Assembly: GCF_006345805.1 (NCBI RefSeq)
Contig: NC_043007.1
Location: forward strand, 6,572,001-6,636,000
Length of the DNA: 64,000 nt
Reading direction: 5' to 3'
Source: Octopus sinensis
Taxonomy: Eukaryota
A program made the translations under genes and the position numbers. The notes under the pieces were generated by a model, which worked only from the letters and a program-made list of their open reading frames with translations, ran no database searches and had not been told where the DNA came from. Of the stretch, positions 1 to 13,714 are shown piece by piece (the stretch's first letter is position 1; the number at the start of each line of letters is the position of its first letter).

Positions 1-418
1 TCGTTGATTCATTAAGTAATTTTAGATGGATTAATAGGATTAATCAATTAAAATTGAGATAGGCGTCATATTAGATAATTATACATAGCCAAGAATTAAC
101 AATATATCATTGAGACTTAATAAGTGTTCTAACATTGACAATATTTTAGAAATGATTGTTGATAATACTTGTACCACACGTTGAACTGCATCAATCCCGG
201 GGCACCCCTTTGATTGTCCGGCGGAACAAATTACCTCTAGTGCATATTTTTAAAGTCTATTACATAATATTTCAGTTTCTTTTGCCGAACCGCTAAGAAA
301 CTTATATTAGTCGAGTAGAAATGCAGCACAACATAGACACACACACTTGGGCACATAAACACACAAACGCACACGCACAAACACAAACACATGCACACAC
401 ATACAAATATGTATATAT

Positions 419-458
<40 letters not shown>

Positions 459-1730
459 GATTACTTAAGTCTCAGTCTATCAGATCCACTGACACACCTA
501 GAGGAATATAGACATAATGGAAATATTTCTAAGTAAATTTGTAGTTTGCTGCTTATATTCATATCACTAGTTTTTCTAGATCAATAGAACATCTTTCTCT
601 TTTCTTTTGAAAAGTTACATTGAAACATATTTCTAAATCAATATTATGAATGAAAATAATCAATTTTGGTTCATGCAGGCAAAAATAATGGAGAACTTTG
701 AGAAGAGAACAAACGTAAAATACAAATCATATACAGCTAATATTTGAAAAACATCTTTATGTAAAGCGTCAGGAAAAAGGTATCATAAACATCTGGCAGC
801 AATTGTAATAATACTTGGAACAATACAAGAATTCACAATACAATATGGCTGACTTTCGAACATGTTCATATAAAGAAGAATAAAATAATATATTTAAATT
901 CTACGGTTGCTGTCTCAAAATTCTTTTAGAGTGAAAAGACACCATATGCTCAAGGAGTCTTAAGCACGGAACTGGAAATGTTCCGTCTTGTATTGGTGAA
1001 AAATATGGAAACTACATTTTAATACTATAAATGTTTCTATAAAATAGCTTTACACAAATTTTAGCGGATAAATCAATGGTGGCATTAAACTGCTGCCACT
1101 ACTAACCGCGTCATAAAACTTCGGCGTTAACTCATGAACGGCACAGGGCTCAAATTATTTAAAGTGTGAGGTACTCTATTGGCTGAGTGACAGCGTTGTA
1201 ACTTTTTCTTAGAAGGAAACTTGACTGAGCATCATAGGAGGGGAAGATTCCTCTTTAGGATTTTACATGAATTTGATATAATTTGTGTAATTCAAAATAA
1301 ATTGATATCTTTCAATGATAAGCTGCAACTTTTGTTCTTTGCGTTCGTCAGATATAAATCTCCCAAACATTTCTGTGAAGCACAGATGAAATTCAGTTAC
1401 CTTTCCAGAGGAGGCATAATTATCATTCGGTCTTCAGTGGAAATAAATGCACTTTTACAAGATTTATAAGATATGTATATATATATATTAGCAATATAAA
1501 ATAAGGTAGTGAAGGTCGACCCATTATTTCACGAACACGACTTGGGGTTTGCAGATGTGAACTAAATATCCAAGAAGAATGCATTAAAATATTATATTCA
1601 CTCATGGTTCATACATTTATCCCATTTATCTTGTAAATTTATGTAAATTTATCTGGAAAATTGTTTTTGCTAAGTTTATTCTACAACAACTACCAACATA
1701 CAAACAACAGCAACTATAAATAGGAATTGT

Positions 1731-1775
1731 AATGATGATAATAATAATAATAATAATAATATAATAATAATAATA

Positions 1776-1806
<31 letters not shown>

Positions 1807-1816
1807 AATAATAATG

Positions 1817-1848
<32 letters not shown>

Positions 1849-1883
1849 TAATAATAATAATAATAATGATAATAATAATAATG

Positions 1884-1949
<66 letters not shown>
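1731..1949. repeat. (TAA)n microsatellite, imperfect
   Basis: Directly visible AAT/TAA array with occasional ATG and TATA interruptions; it abuts the 5' end of the R4-type fragment. Confidence 0.97.
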
Positions 1950-1950
<1 letters not shown>

Positions 1951-2525
1951 ATTGGAAGCTATGTCAACATTATGGAATAACAACAGAAAAAAGATGGTAT
2001 AGGCACACACCAGAAAAGGTCACAGAAAACGAGAAAGCAACCATACTCTGGGATATGCCGATACACACAGATAGAGAAATTAAGGCCAACAGACCAGATA
2101 AAGTTGTCAGAGATCATGAAGAAAAAAAATGCTTTCTAATTGATGTATCAATACCGGCAGATGACAACGTGTCTCTAAAAGAAATGGAGAAACTCTCAAA
2201 ATACAAAGACCTGGAAATAGAGGTAACTAGAATGTGGAATCTGAAAACAGAAACAATTCCTATCATAGTAGGTGCATTAGGCATGATAAAAAAATATTCA
2301 GACAAATACATAACAAAAACACCAGGACTTACAAACATATATAACATACAGAAAATTGCACTACTAGGCACTGCACACATCCTACGCAGAACACTTCCCA
2401 TACAATAACCATCAGAGCATCACAACAAATCACAGCACATACCCAAGGCACACAGAGCTGCGCTCGGTAGTGAAGTGAAAGCACGCTATAAAAATAAAAC
2501 TACTGAATAATAATAATAATAATAG
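1950..2525 (+). mobile_element. 5'-truncated R4/Dong-clade non-LTR retrotransposon: restriction-like endonuclease (RLE) C-terminus, 3' UTR and (TAA)n tail
   Basis: Open frame 1950-2408 reads HWKLCQHYG..WYRHTPEKVTENEKATILWD..TDREIKANRPD..CFLIDVSIP.D.NV..KE.EKLSKYKDL..IVGALG..LLGTAHILRR, matching the PD..D..K(Y..L) RLE region of R4/Dong/Rex6. A ~100 nt 3' UTR ends in TGAATAATAATAAT. Confidence 0.9.
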
Positions 2526-2544
2526 TAAGGATGTAGTAAATGGT

Positions 2545-2847
2545 GAGAGCGTCACCATCCTTTGGCACTTTCCAATACAAACAGACAGAAAATCTGACTC
2601 CAATCGACCAGACATTGTGATCAAGGACAACAACAGAGGAACTTGTCTGTTAATAGTGTTGTCTGTCCCACAAGATCAAAATGTCTCAAGAGGGGAATAC
2701 GAAAAGCTTTCTTAGCTATAAATGTCTTCAAATTGAATTCACAAAAATATGGAAGCTTAGTACTACGATAACACCAGTAATAATTTGTGCGTTGGGAATG
2801 ATAAAGAAGGGAGCTGAGAAGTATATTAAGCAACTCCCTGGTGACCC
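2545..2847 (+). mobile_element. Second, diverged R4-type RLE fragment
   Basis: Translates with one frameshift to ESVTILWHFPIQTDRKSDSNRPDIVIKD..CLLIVLSVPQDQNVS..EKL/YKCLQIE..IWKL..VIICALGMIKKGAEKYIKQLPG, paralogous to the 1950-2408 peptide. Confidence 0.8.
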
Positions 2848-3159
2848 TGTTTTCCATTTAAGGGATATTCTTAATGAAACAATGTTTTCGTTCGTTCATT
2901 TGCCTTCATTATTCAGTCCTTCTCTACAATCAGGACTTAACATGCTACACTTCTCCCGGGTACTCTCCTTCAGTAGAGTATCGTCAACTTTACGGTCATC
3001 ATCCTCTTCCTAATTTCATCGAGCTGTATTGCTGTAAGCCATCACTTCTGAAACTGAATCTAACGAAAAGCTATATCACCGTCTAAAGTGGCCTGTGACT
3101 GTATGAATTCAGCTGAGGATTTTTCGATGTCACCAAGTTATCTACACAAGTATTATAGT

Positions 3160-4445
3160 AAGTTCAGAAATAGTAAAAGAAAAGATAACCATTTACTCTA
3201 CATGGATGACCTGAAGATTTTTATTGAGAATAAAAAGGAGATAGATTCCTTAATATAAACTGTTAGACTCTTCAGCAAAAATATCGGTATCGAATTTGAT
3301 ATAAATAAGAAAGCAATATTAGTCATGAAAAGCGGACAGGTAGTCAAAGGTGAGGGCATCCAATTACCAAATGGCTAGACAATGAAATGGGTGAAAGAAG
3401 GAGAGAGTTGTAAGTATTTAGGAGTATTAGAATCTGATAGAATTCTAAGTATATAAATGAAAAGGAAAATTGAGGAGGAGTACATCAGAAGGGCGACGGA
3501 TCTACTGCGGTCAAAGCTAATTGGTCTGATTCTAGTGAAAGCTGTTAATACTTGTGTAGTATCGTTACTTAGGTACCTAACAAGTTTTGTAGATTGGATA
3601 AAAATATGAATTAGAAAAACTAGACAAAAGAATTGGAAATGTCTTCAATATGAATGGAGGACTCCACCTAAGAGCAAGCGTAACGAGATTATACTTAGCT
3701 AGAAAGGAAATTAGAAGAGGATTAATATCAGTGGAAGACTGCGTGGAATTAGCTAAAGTAGGTGTAGGCTCCTATGTAGGTAACAGTGAAGAAAGGTTAT
3801 TCAGAGCTACTACAGTCAAAGAAGGGCAATGGGAAACCAACATGCCAAATGAAGCAAAAAATAAAAGAAAACAGAAAAACGAAGAAAAAGATTATCTGAC
3901 AGGCAACAGAAGGTTTTTCGTTGCTGTAGATTCCAAAAGGTAATTACAGGAAATTGTAATAGTGAAACAAGATTATGGTTGCGGAAAGGAAGGCTGAATA
4001 GAGAAACAAAAAATCTGCTTGTAGTAGCATAAGATCAGGCATTTAGGACTAATTTCATTAAAGCCAATCGAGAAAGATCAGGTAGATTCCCAGTATAGGA
4101 TTTTTAAATAAAAGAGAAGAATGCTACTCTTATAGTAAGTGAATGTCTTACGCTGTCATAGAAAGAATACAAGAAAAGACATAACAACCTAGGTTAAATT
4201 ATCCACTGGGAGACATATAGAGAGAGGCAGAATTTGACCATACACATAAGGGGTATAAACACGAAACTAGAAAATGCTAGAAAGTACGAAATATAAGCCG
4301 CTTCGGCATTTTACCTTTCAGAGTGGCAAATTAATCGAAGCTAGAAGGTCTGATTTTTTAGTAATAGACAAAAAGAATAGAAAGTACCTGATAATTAACT
4401 TTACAGCTCCAAGTGATGAGAAAGTCCATTTGATATGTATAGAGA
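3160..4445 (+). pseudogene. Degraded R4/Dong-type RT, thumb and RLE (third copy)
   Basis: HLLYMDDLK with YMDD at 3199-3210, then CKYLGVLE, MNGGLHLRASVTRLYLARKEIRRGLISVEDCV, and a degraded RLE (IEARRSDFLVIDKKN..FTAPSDEKV). Multiple stops and frameshifts. Confidence 0.85.
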
Positions 4446-5040
4446 AAAGCAAAGTAGCAACGCCAAGCCATTGGGTAAAATTCCCTGCGTAACTCTCCTA
4501 GTTTACCATTGATAACTCGACAAGAAATTAGACAGCCTCTTGTAAATTTATTTAAAGTGGCATTCCATCGTCCTCAAAATCGAATGAATTGTTATGACTG
4601 GTACTGAAGCTGAGCAGCAAAAGCGAGATTGAAACAGGGAGACCAATGACAGATGTCAATGGGGTTTTATGAGTTGATGGAACTAAAAGTGAAATGTCTC
4701 TAAAGTCACATTCCACATTCTTTAAAGTGAAATGACTTACTGTGATATCAGGTCCATTATGGCTATGTAACCAGCCCTGATACGACAGTTGTATTATAAG
4801 AATATATTTGTGTGTGTGTGTGTGTGCGCGCAATGTACCCCTCTCCTGTCGTAAGCGACAGGTGAGTATGACGAAAAGCCTTGAATACCCTTTTCAGTTC
4901 AGTTGTTTATAGTCATCGAAATGTTCATGCTGTCCTTTGCTCACTCTGTCTCTCTCTATAAATCGATATTGTTTGTGCAGATGCACACTGTATAAAACAC
5001 GTCGGATGTCAAAGTGATCGCAGACGAAATTGAAATGACG

Positions 5041-5128
5041 TGTTTTGCTCAATGTAACAATGTATCACCAGTCCAGGAATCGAAACCATAGCCTTGCGAT
5101 CGTGAATGCAACCTCACTAACCATCAGG
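5041..5128 (-). mobile_element. tRNA-derived SINE head fragment
   Basis: The minus strand has an A-box-like TGGTTAGTGAGG and a B-box-like GGTTTCGATTCC at tRNA-like spacing; it resembles the head of the 40248-40560 repeat. Confidence 0.55.
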
Positions 5129-5509
5129 ACATGTGTGTAACAAACACATATCCACACACACAGGCGCACACAAAGGGGTGCATATGTACATGTACATCAA
5201 ACTTGACGATACATAAAACACAGAAAAACATACATACATACATATACATACATATACATATATATATATATATATATAAGAGATTATGTTTTTAAAATCC
5301 AATACATTATATCATTATAATAAATCTAGGTAATGTAATTTAAATTGATGCGCATTAATTATGAATCATAATTCCATAATTAGAGAGAAAAAAAATATGC
5401 ATATATAGAGAAATCGCTGCGGTACGTAATTAAGTTATATCTGTTAAATTTATGCTTTACGGCGTATGGTTCTGAACCTCTTTCTCTCTATATATGTGTA
5501 TAGACATGT

Positions 5510-5657
<148 letters not shown>

Positions 5658-5809
5658 ATGTGAAATAGAAAGATGAATAATCTTGTAGTAGATTAATCAA
5701 AAGTTTAACCGATACCTTAGTAGCAAAAATCACAGCAGTGAACAGCACGGTTGGAGGTACAACCATCTGGCGTTGCAACCGTGCGTTGGTGCGGATAATT
5801 GAAATTAAA

Positions 5810-5986
5810 ATTATTGGTGAATTGAAGAAATGGAGCTGAACGCAGATTGAACAGAAATCGTTTTATTTCATTCTACACGTGTTTCGAAAGGCACGTGTAG
5901 AATGCCTTTCGAAACACGTGTAGAATGAAATAAAACGATTTCTGTTCAATCTGCGTTCAGCTCCATTTCTTCAATTCACCAATAAT
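5810..5986. repeat. Perfect 84-bp inverted repeat with 9-nt spacer
   Basis: 5810-5893 is the exact reverse complement of 5903-5986 (checked by eye); the spacer is CGTGTAGAA. Confidence 0.95.
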
Positions 5987-5987
5987 G

Positions 5988-6026
<39 letters not shown>

Positions 6027-6228
6027 TATATATAATATATATGTATATATATGTATGGATATATATATATATACACACTCACACACACATGCGCGTGTCT
6101 CTCTCTCTCTTTCTCTCTCTCTGCGCGTGCGTTTGTTTGTGTATGCTTGTGTGTGTCTGTATGTCTGTTTGTGTATATGTATGTGTATCCATGTATATAT
6201 GTGTCTGTGTGTATCATAGTGTCTATGT

Positions 6229-6433
6229 TTGTTCCCCCATCACCACTGACAACAAGTGATGGTGCGTTTATGTCCCCATAACATAGCGGTTCGGCAAAAG
6301 ATAACGGTAAAATAAGTACTAGACATTAAAAAATAAGTCCTGAGATCGATTTGTTCGACTCAGAAACCTTTCACGGTGGTGATCCATTACAGCCTCTTTC
6401 AACTGACTGAAACAAGTGAAAGAATAAAAGAAT
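6229..6433 (+). mobile_element. SINE 3' domain (family of 53385-53753)
   Basis: Shares TTTATGTCCCC..AGCGGTTCGGCAAAAG..ATAAGTAC..GATCGATTTGTTCGAC with the copies at 8100-8228 and 53600-53750. Confidence 0.75.
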
Positions 6434-6465
6434 GTGTGTGTGTGTGCGTGAGTGTGTTAGAATTT

Positions 6466-6863
6466 TCTTCTAACCATCCCGCTCAAAAGATCCCTGAATA
6501 ACCCATCTTCTAACCCATCCCGCTCAAAAGATCCCTGAATAAGGGTTGCTTAAGGATGTTGAACGAAACACCCATATTTCCAGAGGTGAATTATTCAAAC
6601 CCCAAAGAATCCCTCTCAGCACATGGCTATGATGCTCCCCAACTACTTCTGCTCGTAATCAGAGATGCGCCTATCGTCAGTCACTAAGGGACATGTTCAA
6701 CTGGTTAAGGTCAAACAACTGACAAGCAGAATATTTGCTGTAGCCCATCTTTTATACCAACACAAAACAATGTACATGATAACACTTCCAATCAGTTAAG
6801 ATCAGAAGCCACGAGAGTCACTGCCTGGTATTGCATCAGAACATTTATTATTATTATTATTAC

Positions 6864-6911
<48 letters not shown>

Positions 6912-6932
6912 CATTATTATTATTATATTATT
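6466..6932 (+). mobile_element. Probable retroposon 3' end with (TTA)n tail and a 36-bp tandem duplication at its left edge
   Basis: Unique sequence ends abruptly in (ATT)n at 6845-6932. TCTTCTAACC(C)ATCCCGCTCAAAAGATCCCTGAATAA is duplicated at 6466-6501 and 6506-6542. Family identity is from recall only. Confidence 0.45.
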
Positions 6933-7892
6933 GATTTGACGAGGCTTAAGCAATATCTTTCGTTCTAGTGTCGGGTAAATACTTTGAAGTATTTCTTTTG
7001 TTGTTCATATTCTGCAGAGGTCTTCTTTGCCTTTCTTCACTTCTGTCTCTTTAGACATGTCTGTCACACTTGATTTCGCTATCAATATATATGTATAACC
7101 TGTATAGATATCGGAATCGGTGCTTATATTCATACATTCATGTGCGCGCATGATGGATGTAATTCTTCGTGTTTCTCTTGAAGCTGTTTTATTATGTTTA
7201 CTTAACATTTTTTTCACTCTTTAAGAATCACATCGAGTTTGCGCATATTTGTGTCCAACACATATTCTCATTCTTCTATCTACTTATACACAAGTTCAGG
7301 TAAAATATAGAGGCTTTATATAGCATTTTAAATGTGTAATAAAAATTCTATGCTTATTATTTATTATTCGTATGAATATATCGACAAAAAGATTTAAATG
7401 GTTTTATTCAGAGATTAATATGCATGTGAATATAAACATGCCACTCTTAGATTTTATTTTCGAATTTTTGAAAAACTTGCTTTTAAAAAATTGTAATTAC
7501 CCTTTTCGTTTAAGTAGCATTAAATATAAAGTGTATATTTTGAAGAAAATAAAACGTTTGTAAAACAAAAAGACTGAAGTGACGCACTTCTATTTTACGA
7601 TACCGGAATTCCATTATTTGGTAAATTTTAGATTAAAATGACGTTTAAATATGCGAGCAATTCATAGTCTCCGTTTGATGCAGAGCCTCCCAAACGAAGA
7701 GCGATAAGACATTTGCATAAGGTTAATTAAGCAAAACTCACGAGTCGCAAGTATTCGAAATTAGCTGCCGATCTTCGTTTAGAACTTCTTGCAGAAATCT
7801 TATTCACAACAGAAGAAAAAGCTCAGTGAAGGCAATTGGAAGTATTAAACCAACGGAACCATCTGTGTATGTCTATTACACTAATTGGAAAT

Positions 7893-8228
7893 ACATGTGG
7901 CTCTGAGTTCAGTCCCACTGTATGGCATCTTGGGCCTCAGGCCGACCAAAGCCTAGTGAGAGGATTTGATAGACTGACGCTGAAAGAACACAGTAGGATA
8001 TGCATATATATATACGATTACGAATTTGGGATGTTAGACCTCACAAACACAAACGTCTGTGTGTGTGTGTATGTGTATGCCTTTTTTGCCTGTTCGTCCA
8101 CCTGCCACCGCTTGACAACCCGTGTTGGTGTGTTTACGTCCCCGTAGCTTAGTTGTTCGGCAAAAAGTTCGATAAAATAAGTAGCAGATGTCAAAAAGAA
8201 ATACTGGCATCGATTCATTCGACTAAAC
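7893..8228 (+). mobile_element. Degraded composite tRNA-derived SINE
   Basis: B-box-like GAGTTCAGTCCC and GCCGACCAAAGCC.GTGAG.GGATTTG.TAGAC, a TG spacer, then CGCTTGACAACC..GTTTACGTCCCCGTAGCTTAG; homologous to 53385-53753. Confidence 0.75.
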
Positions 8229-9496
8229 TCCAGTCTTATGTCTGAGACAATCCATAAAAGTTAAAAGATGCTGTTTTTGACTGACAGAAAATCTTTAGAC
8301 CCGATTTACCCTTCTTGGTTATTTTCAGAAAGAAGAGCCCGATTGTGTATGTAATATAATGTCTCTAAGGTTGATACACTGTGATGTATCTTAGGAGATA
8401 GAATTGTCGATTGCATATCTAATCCGGTATGGGCTTCCCTTGTACATGCATCAACAAGTCCCTCAGGATATCAGGTCATGACAACTTATCACCTCGGTAA
8501 GATTTGAAATATGAACATAAATCGACATGTCTGCAATATAATTAATGTAATACTAATAATAGAATGAACCATGGCTCGCTTTGGCGAAGGTGAATGCTAT
8601 TTACTGTATTACAAGAAGAATTAAAATATCTCAACTCTTTTGACTAACGCTACATATGTACAATTATATCCAAATAATGGTAGGAGATTACGAAAAATGA
8701 AAGCGAATCAAGGGATTAATTTTATTGAGGTGGAGTAAGCTGAAACATGACACATTGTAGATGCGTTTCTACTAAACGAAATGATGCATATATCCTACGG
8801 AATTGATTTTCCCAGCAACGCATCTCAGTGTGTTAAATTATAGCTGCTATCTTGCTATTAATAAATCCATTCCTGCGCTTGCAAACGCTTGTTATCAATA
8901 CTGTAAGCCCGGCAACTACAAAGTAATTTCGCCTCTGGATCGACACTTTACAAATGAGTATTTCGCAACTGCTACGTCTTCCTCTCCGCCTCTGTCTCTT
9001 TCTTTTATCACCTGTTCTGCTTCATACTCTTACTTTATCTGAAAGTTATTGAAGCAAGGGTAATGTTTCATTCTACTACAAAACCGAAATTAATGCTACT
9101 ATCATAACTTCAGTCTCTTCATCTGACAAGCGTAAGACATAATCCCCGACACAGTTTAGACCAGTTTTATTCATATTTATGGCGGAGATACATTCAACAC
9201 AATACGAACCAATGAACCATAGCAAACTAATATAAATATATTTTACTCTTAAGTGATCCCACTCCATAAACGCGTATTTCAGCAATTTTCCCGCATCGTA
9301 CTTCGGTTCAGTGTATCATACTACAGGTGCCGGATTAAAAATTACCTACATATTTTATATATTATATCACTATGAATAGTTTTACATATTACTATTAGAA
9401 ACATTTCTAGATTTTTTTAATATTTGCATGGTATTCCTTATTTCATTGCCATTCGTTTTTCCATCACAAGGATATTTTCTGTTTAAAAAAGTTAAT

Positions 9497-9612
9497 TCTT
9501 CCATCTTAAGGCAAAGTCGACCTCGGCAGAATATGAACACAGAACGTGAAGATGGACGGAATGCAGCTAAACATTTTACCTGGTGTCCTAACGATTCAGC
9601 CAGCTCACTGCC
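9497..9612 (-). mobile_element. SINE fragment (GGCGGCGAGCTGGCAGAA family)
   Basis: AAGGCAAAGTCGACCTCGGC..CAGAACGT..GCCAGCTCAC aligns to 25835-26068. Confidence 0.75.
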
Positions 9613-9650
9613 TTAATAATAATAAAAATAATAATAATAAAAATAATAAT

Positions 9651-9691
<41 letters not shown>

Positions 9692-9794
9692 TAATAATAA
9701 TAATAATGATAATAATACTATGAGTTTCTCTGCCCTAGGAGTCGGGAAGACACTCGGCAAGAAATGGAAGCAAATTTGAAAGAAGAAAAAAAAG

Positions 9795-9861
<67 letters not shown>

Positions 9862-10440
9862 TGATTTTGGCACAAAGCGAGTAATTTCTGGGCGCAGTAA
9901 GTCGATTCCATCCAGCCCAAATACATACACGACCATACACACATATATGTAATTAGCAAACATATATACACATATTTGTAAATAGCAAAATGTGCCTAAG
10001 ATGAATGAAAGTCACGTGTGGATGCCATCTGAATTTCATATCCGTTTTATTACCCTACACAGGGCGGACACTCACACATTGGATATGTCTTTCAAACTCT
10101 GCAGAAATCTTCACGTTAAATGCTCTGACGCAGCTACAAGATGTCACGCTATACAAAAATCTGAATGCAGTGCTTCTTACAGCTGAAACACTTGTAATTT
10201 AGCTAAGCTGATAACGCACCACCTGACTTTTCTCATGTAATGATTAATCAAGTCTACTCAGTTTCAAATTTATGCAAGTGTGTCGGTTAGATTACATTTC
10301 TGCATTCATACCATCTCAATGGCGTTTCATAGTGGCACTCTGCAATGTTGAGTCTAAGCATATTTGAGCATGTATAGTACTAGAACCTAGTTAACAGTGA
10401 TGCAGAAATAAAATACGTGTGCATACGTGCGACAAACGCG

Positions 10441-10535
<95 letters not shown>

Positions 10536-10658
10536 TATATATATATATATATATATAAATCGATGATAATATCATTAAAATGACTATACCAGTGGCTAGC
10601 GTATAAAACTGACCATATCGGTAAAATAAATTTTTAGTATATAATAATAAAAATATAA

Positions 10659-10907
10659 TTATAATTAAGGGCGCGGGAATGTCAGTGCCTATACGCTAGA
10701 TTGATGAATACCAACATTCCACTTTAAATGTGTTCCTTATTCATAACCCAAAATGAAATCTTAAGATATAGTATTTATCTGAAATTTTGCAAATTTCTCG
10801 CATCCGACCTTGTGTTATAAATAGAGAACATATTTACTATGACTTGTAGGTAGCTGACATCTACCTCTAGCGTATAGGTGTTGGCATTCCAATGTCCTCA
10901 ATTATAA
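10659..10907. mobile_element. Candidate MITE with ~42-bp imperfect terminal inverted repeats
   Basis: 10659-10700 pairs with 10866-10907, including an exact CCTATACGCTAGA/TCTAGCGTATAGG core. The interior is non-coding and the flanks are TA-rich. Confidence 0.5.
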
Positions 10908-11019
10908 TATTTCTATAATTATATACTTGAAAGTTATATCTATATATAATGCACACACAGTCATACATAGGTACACACACATATATACACACATATGTAC
11001 GTCCATAACACATATTTGT

Positions 11020-11275
<256 letters not shown>

Positions 11276-13670
11276 TGAACTGCAATAATTTGCTATTTCT
11301 GAAGCACATCAAATATTATTCAGTGAATTTGATATTGTATTTGTTAAAAAACATTTTACATCGCTTACTTTCCAGAAGGGTTGATACTAATCCAATTCTG
11401 ATGCGATCAGAAAACTTAACAATCTAATTACGGAATATCCATTAATAAAGGATATTTCTGCTTAACGTTTGTCCATTTTTGTAATAAACTATGATATCTA
11501 ATTAAGAACAACATTTATCATAACTCCAATTGCTACATTAATACTTTTCGTTCATTTAATTAACTTTACACATTTATTTGTTTCCGCTTTTACGTTTGAT
11601 ATTATTATTTTCATATCCGTAATTTAAAATTTATAATAATGCATTTTAATGAAGTCAGTTTTGATGAAATATTCAAACTGATGGAACGCATAGCCATTTA
11701 CCCTTTTGAAAGTTAATAATTATTTAAGCCATTATGACTTCTTAAATTGTTACGATGGGAATAAAATGATTTCCTTTAAACTGTAGCGTTGAAGAGAGAG
11801 AAACAATCTTCTGTGGAGAATATTTCAGTTCGTTCTCATTTGGATTCAAATCACAGTTGTGGGCTCTGAACATATCCACGAAATACTATTCAATGTATTT
11901 CACTTGTAAAGAAATGTCATCGCTATGTTTGGAAAGAGTATAATATGTTACTCTTGTGAATGTCAAAATGTTTAAAGACAATACTGTGTCAGTATGTATA
12001 GTATTGTTTTGTGAGTTGAGTCTAAGCGTAGGATTTGAGAAATACATTTACACGGGATGTGGTTGGGAGTCCGCTAATCTGCTGGGTCGGAAAGACTAAC
12101 GGTGTCCAAAATACTTTCATACAGTTTATCATTAAAAAGAATGAGGCTTTCTTTCCACACCAATATTTTTGGTAACAATTCTAGGAGTTTCCGCCAGCGA
12201 TTCGCTCTGACGTATCACAGCCGGGTTTTGCAGTGTGCTCGAATTGCCTTTTCGAAATTAGCATCGTAATCAATGGGATCAATTAATATTCACGATATCA
12301 TAATCACTGTTTTCATTTTCAACTTGTTAACCTTTATCATACTAACTCTATTATCTTTAATTTCAAATATTTAGTCTAAATAAATAAGTATATCATACAG
12401 AAAAATAGTTTCTGATGTGTCATGGAATCGAATAAGCCTCGATAAGTTTGTCTTCTGTTGGAAAATACAATTGAAAAATATATGAAATTTGGGGGTAAAT
12501 TTCGTCTGTTGCACATAAGCAATGGGTTTCTTTAACGGAATCCGATCTTTTCTTCGATTTTGTTGGGAGTCCTGCAATGACGTAAATTTCAAGTAGCATT
12601 GAATTTCTTTCTCTTGCAATCGACACCATCAATGATATGGAGATAGGCATCATACTACATGGTACGTTACTGTTTTACTCTTTAAATTTTGACTCGGGTT
12701 AGTGAGCACTTGAGGCGCAGATCCCCGATCTCATGCGACAGACAATTACCTGTGATAGTATCTTCGGCAATTTACCTAGGGCCGCTTAAGTTATGTCACG
12801 TATGCCATGTTCACGAAAAGTTGAGATTTTTATGATGAAAGACAATAACGCTTAGGGTGTTGCAGTAAGTTCACCAGCTTCAGAATTATAAGGGGTAAAT
12901 TGAATGCGGCAGAAATTTGGAACCCGGATGTAGAAAGATGTAACCAAATGTGTTTGAGCATAACTCTACCGATTTTTCCACCTACCAACACAAGAAACAG
13001 AGAAATATTTCCATATATCACGCTAGTTTTTCTGTAAAAATGGGAAAACTTGGATCTTTTATTTATTTGCAGATAAATAGAAAGGTTTCATATTCACAAA
13101 TGGTGACTCATTACAAACCTATCGCTTATTCCTTTTACTTCAGCTTTTGGTGCATATATTAAAAAAAAAAACAAGAATTAAGAAGCTTCGAATATTTAAT
13201 GAAAGTAGGACACGGTCAGTGATACTCTCACTAAAGTTTACGCAACTCATTCACCAATCATAATTCTATAGAAATCGGATAAAGATCCGCTATAGAGCTC
13301 AATGCACATGGTTCGACTGAAGTCTGCAGTTTCTCTTCTCTTTCTCTACTAATACCACCGATACCGATGGAAACAGCATTGAAATGTCATATTTTCTATC
13401 TGAGACATTTTCGGATTTGTACCAAATTAATGTTATTATTTCTTTATTTCGAATGCAAGGTAACATAATCCCTATCCATGTAATCCCGTATTCAAGTAAT
13501 TCAATGGAAGCCGCAATGTTTTCTTTCGTTATACACACACACACACACACACACACATACACAATACACACACATACATATATACATACGTCAATGCGTC
13601 CTTACATAAACGTTCGTGCATATGTATACACGCATGAACACACATATATATATATACATATATATATACA

Positions 13671-13714
<44 letters not shown>

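Noticed and set aside
4845-4862. Hairpin CCTGTCG-TAAG-CGACAGG as a Helitron 3' end or terminator
   Set aside because: There is no downstream CTRR end or matching 5' TC end, and a single 7-bp stem is expected by chance.
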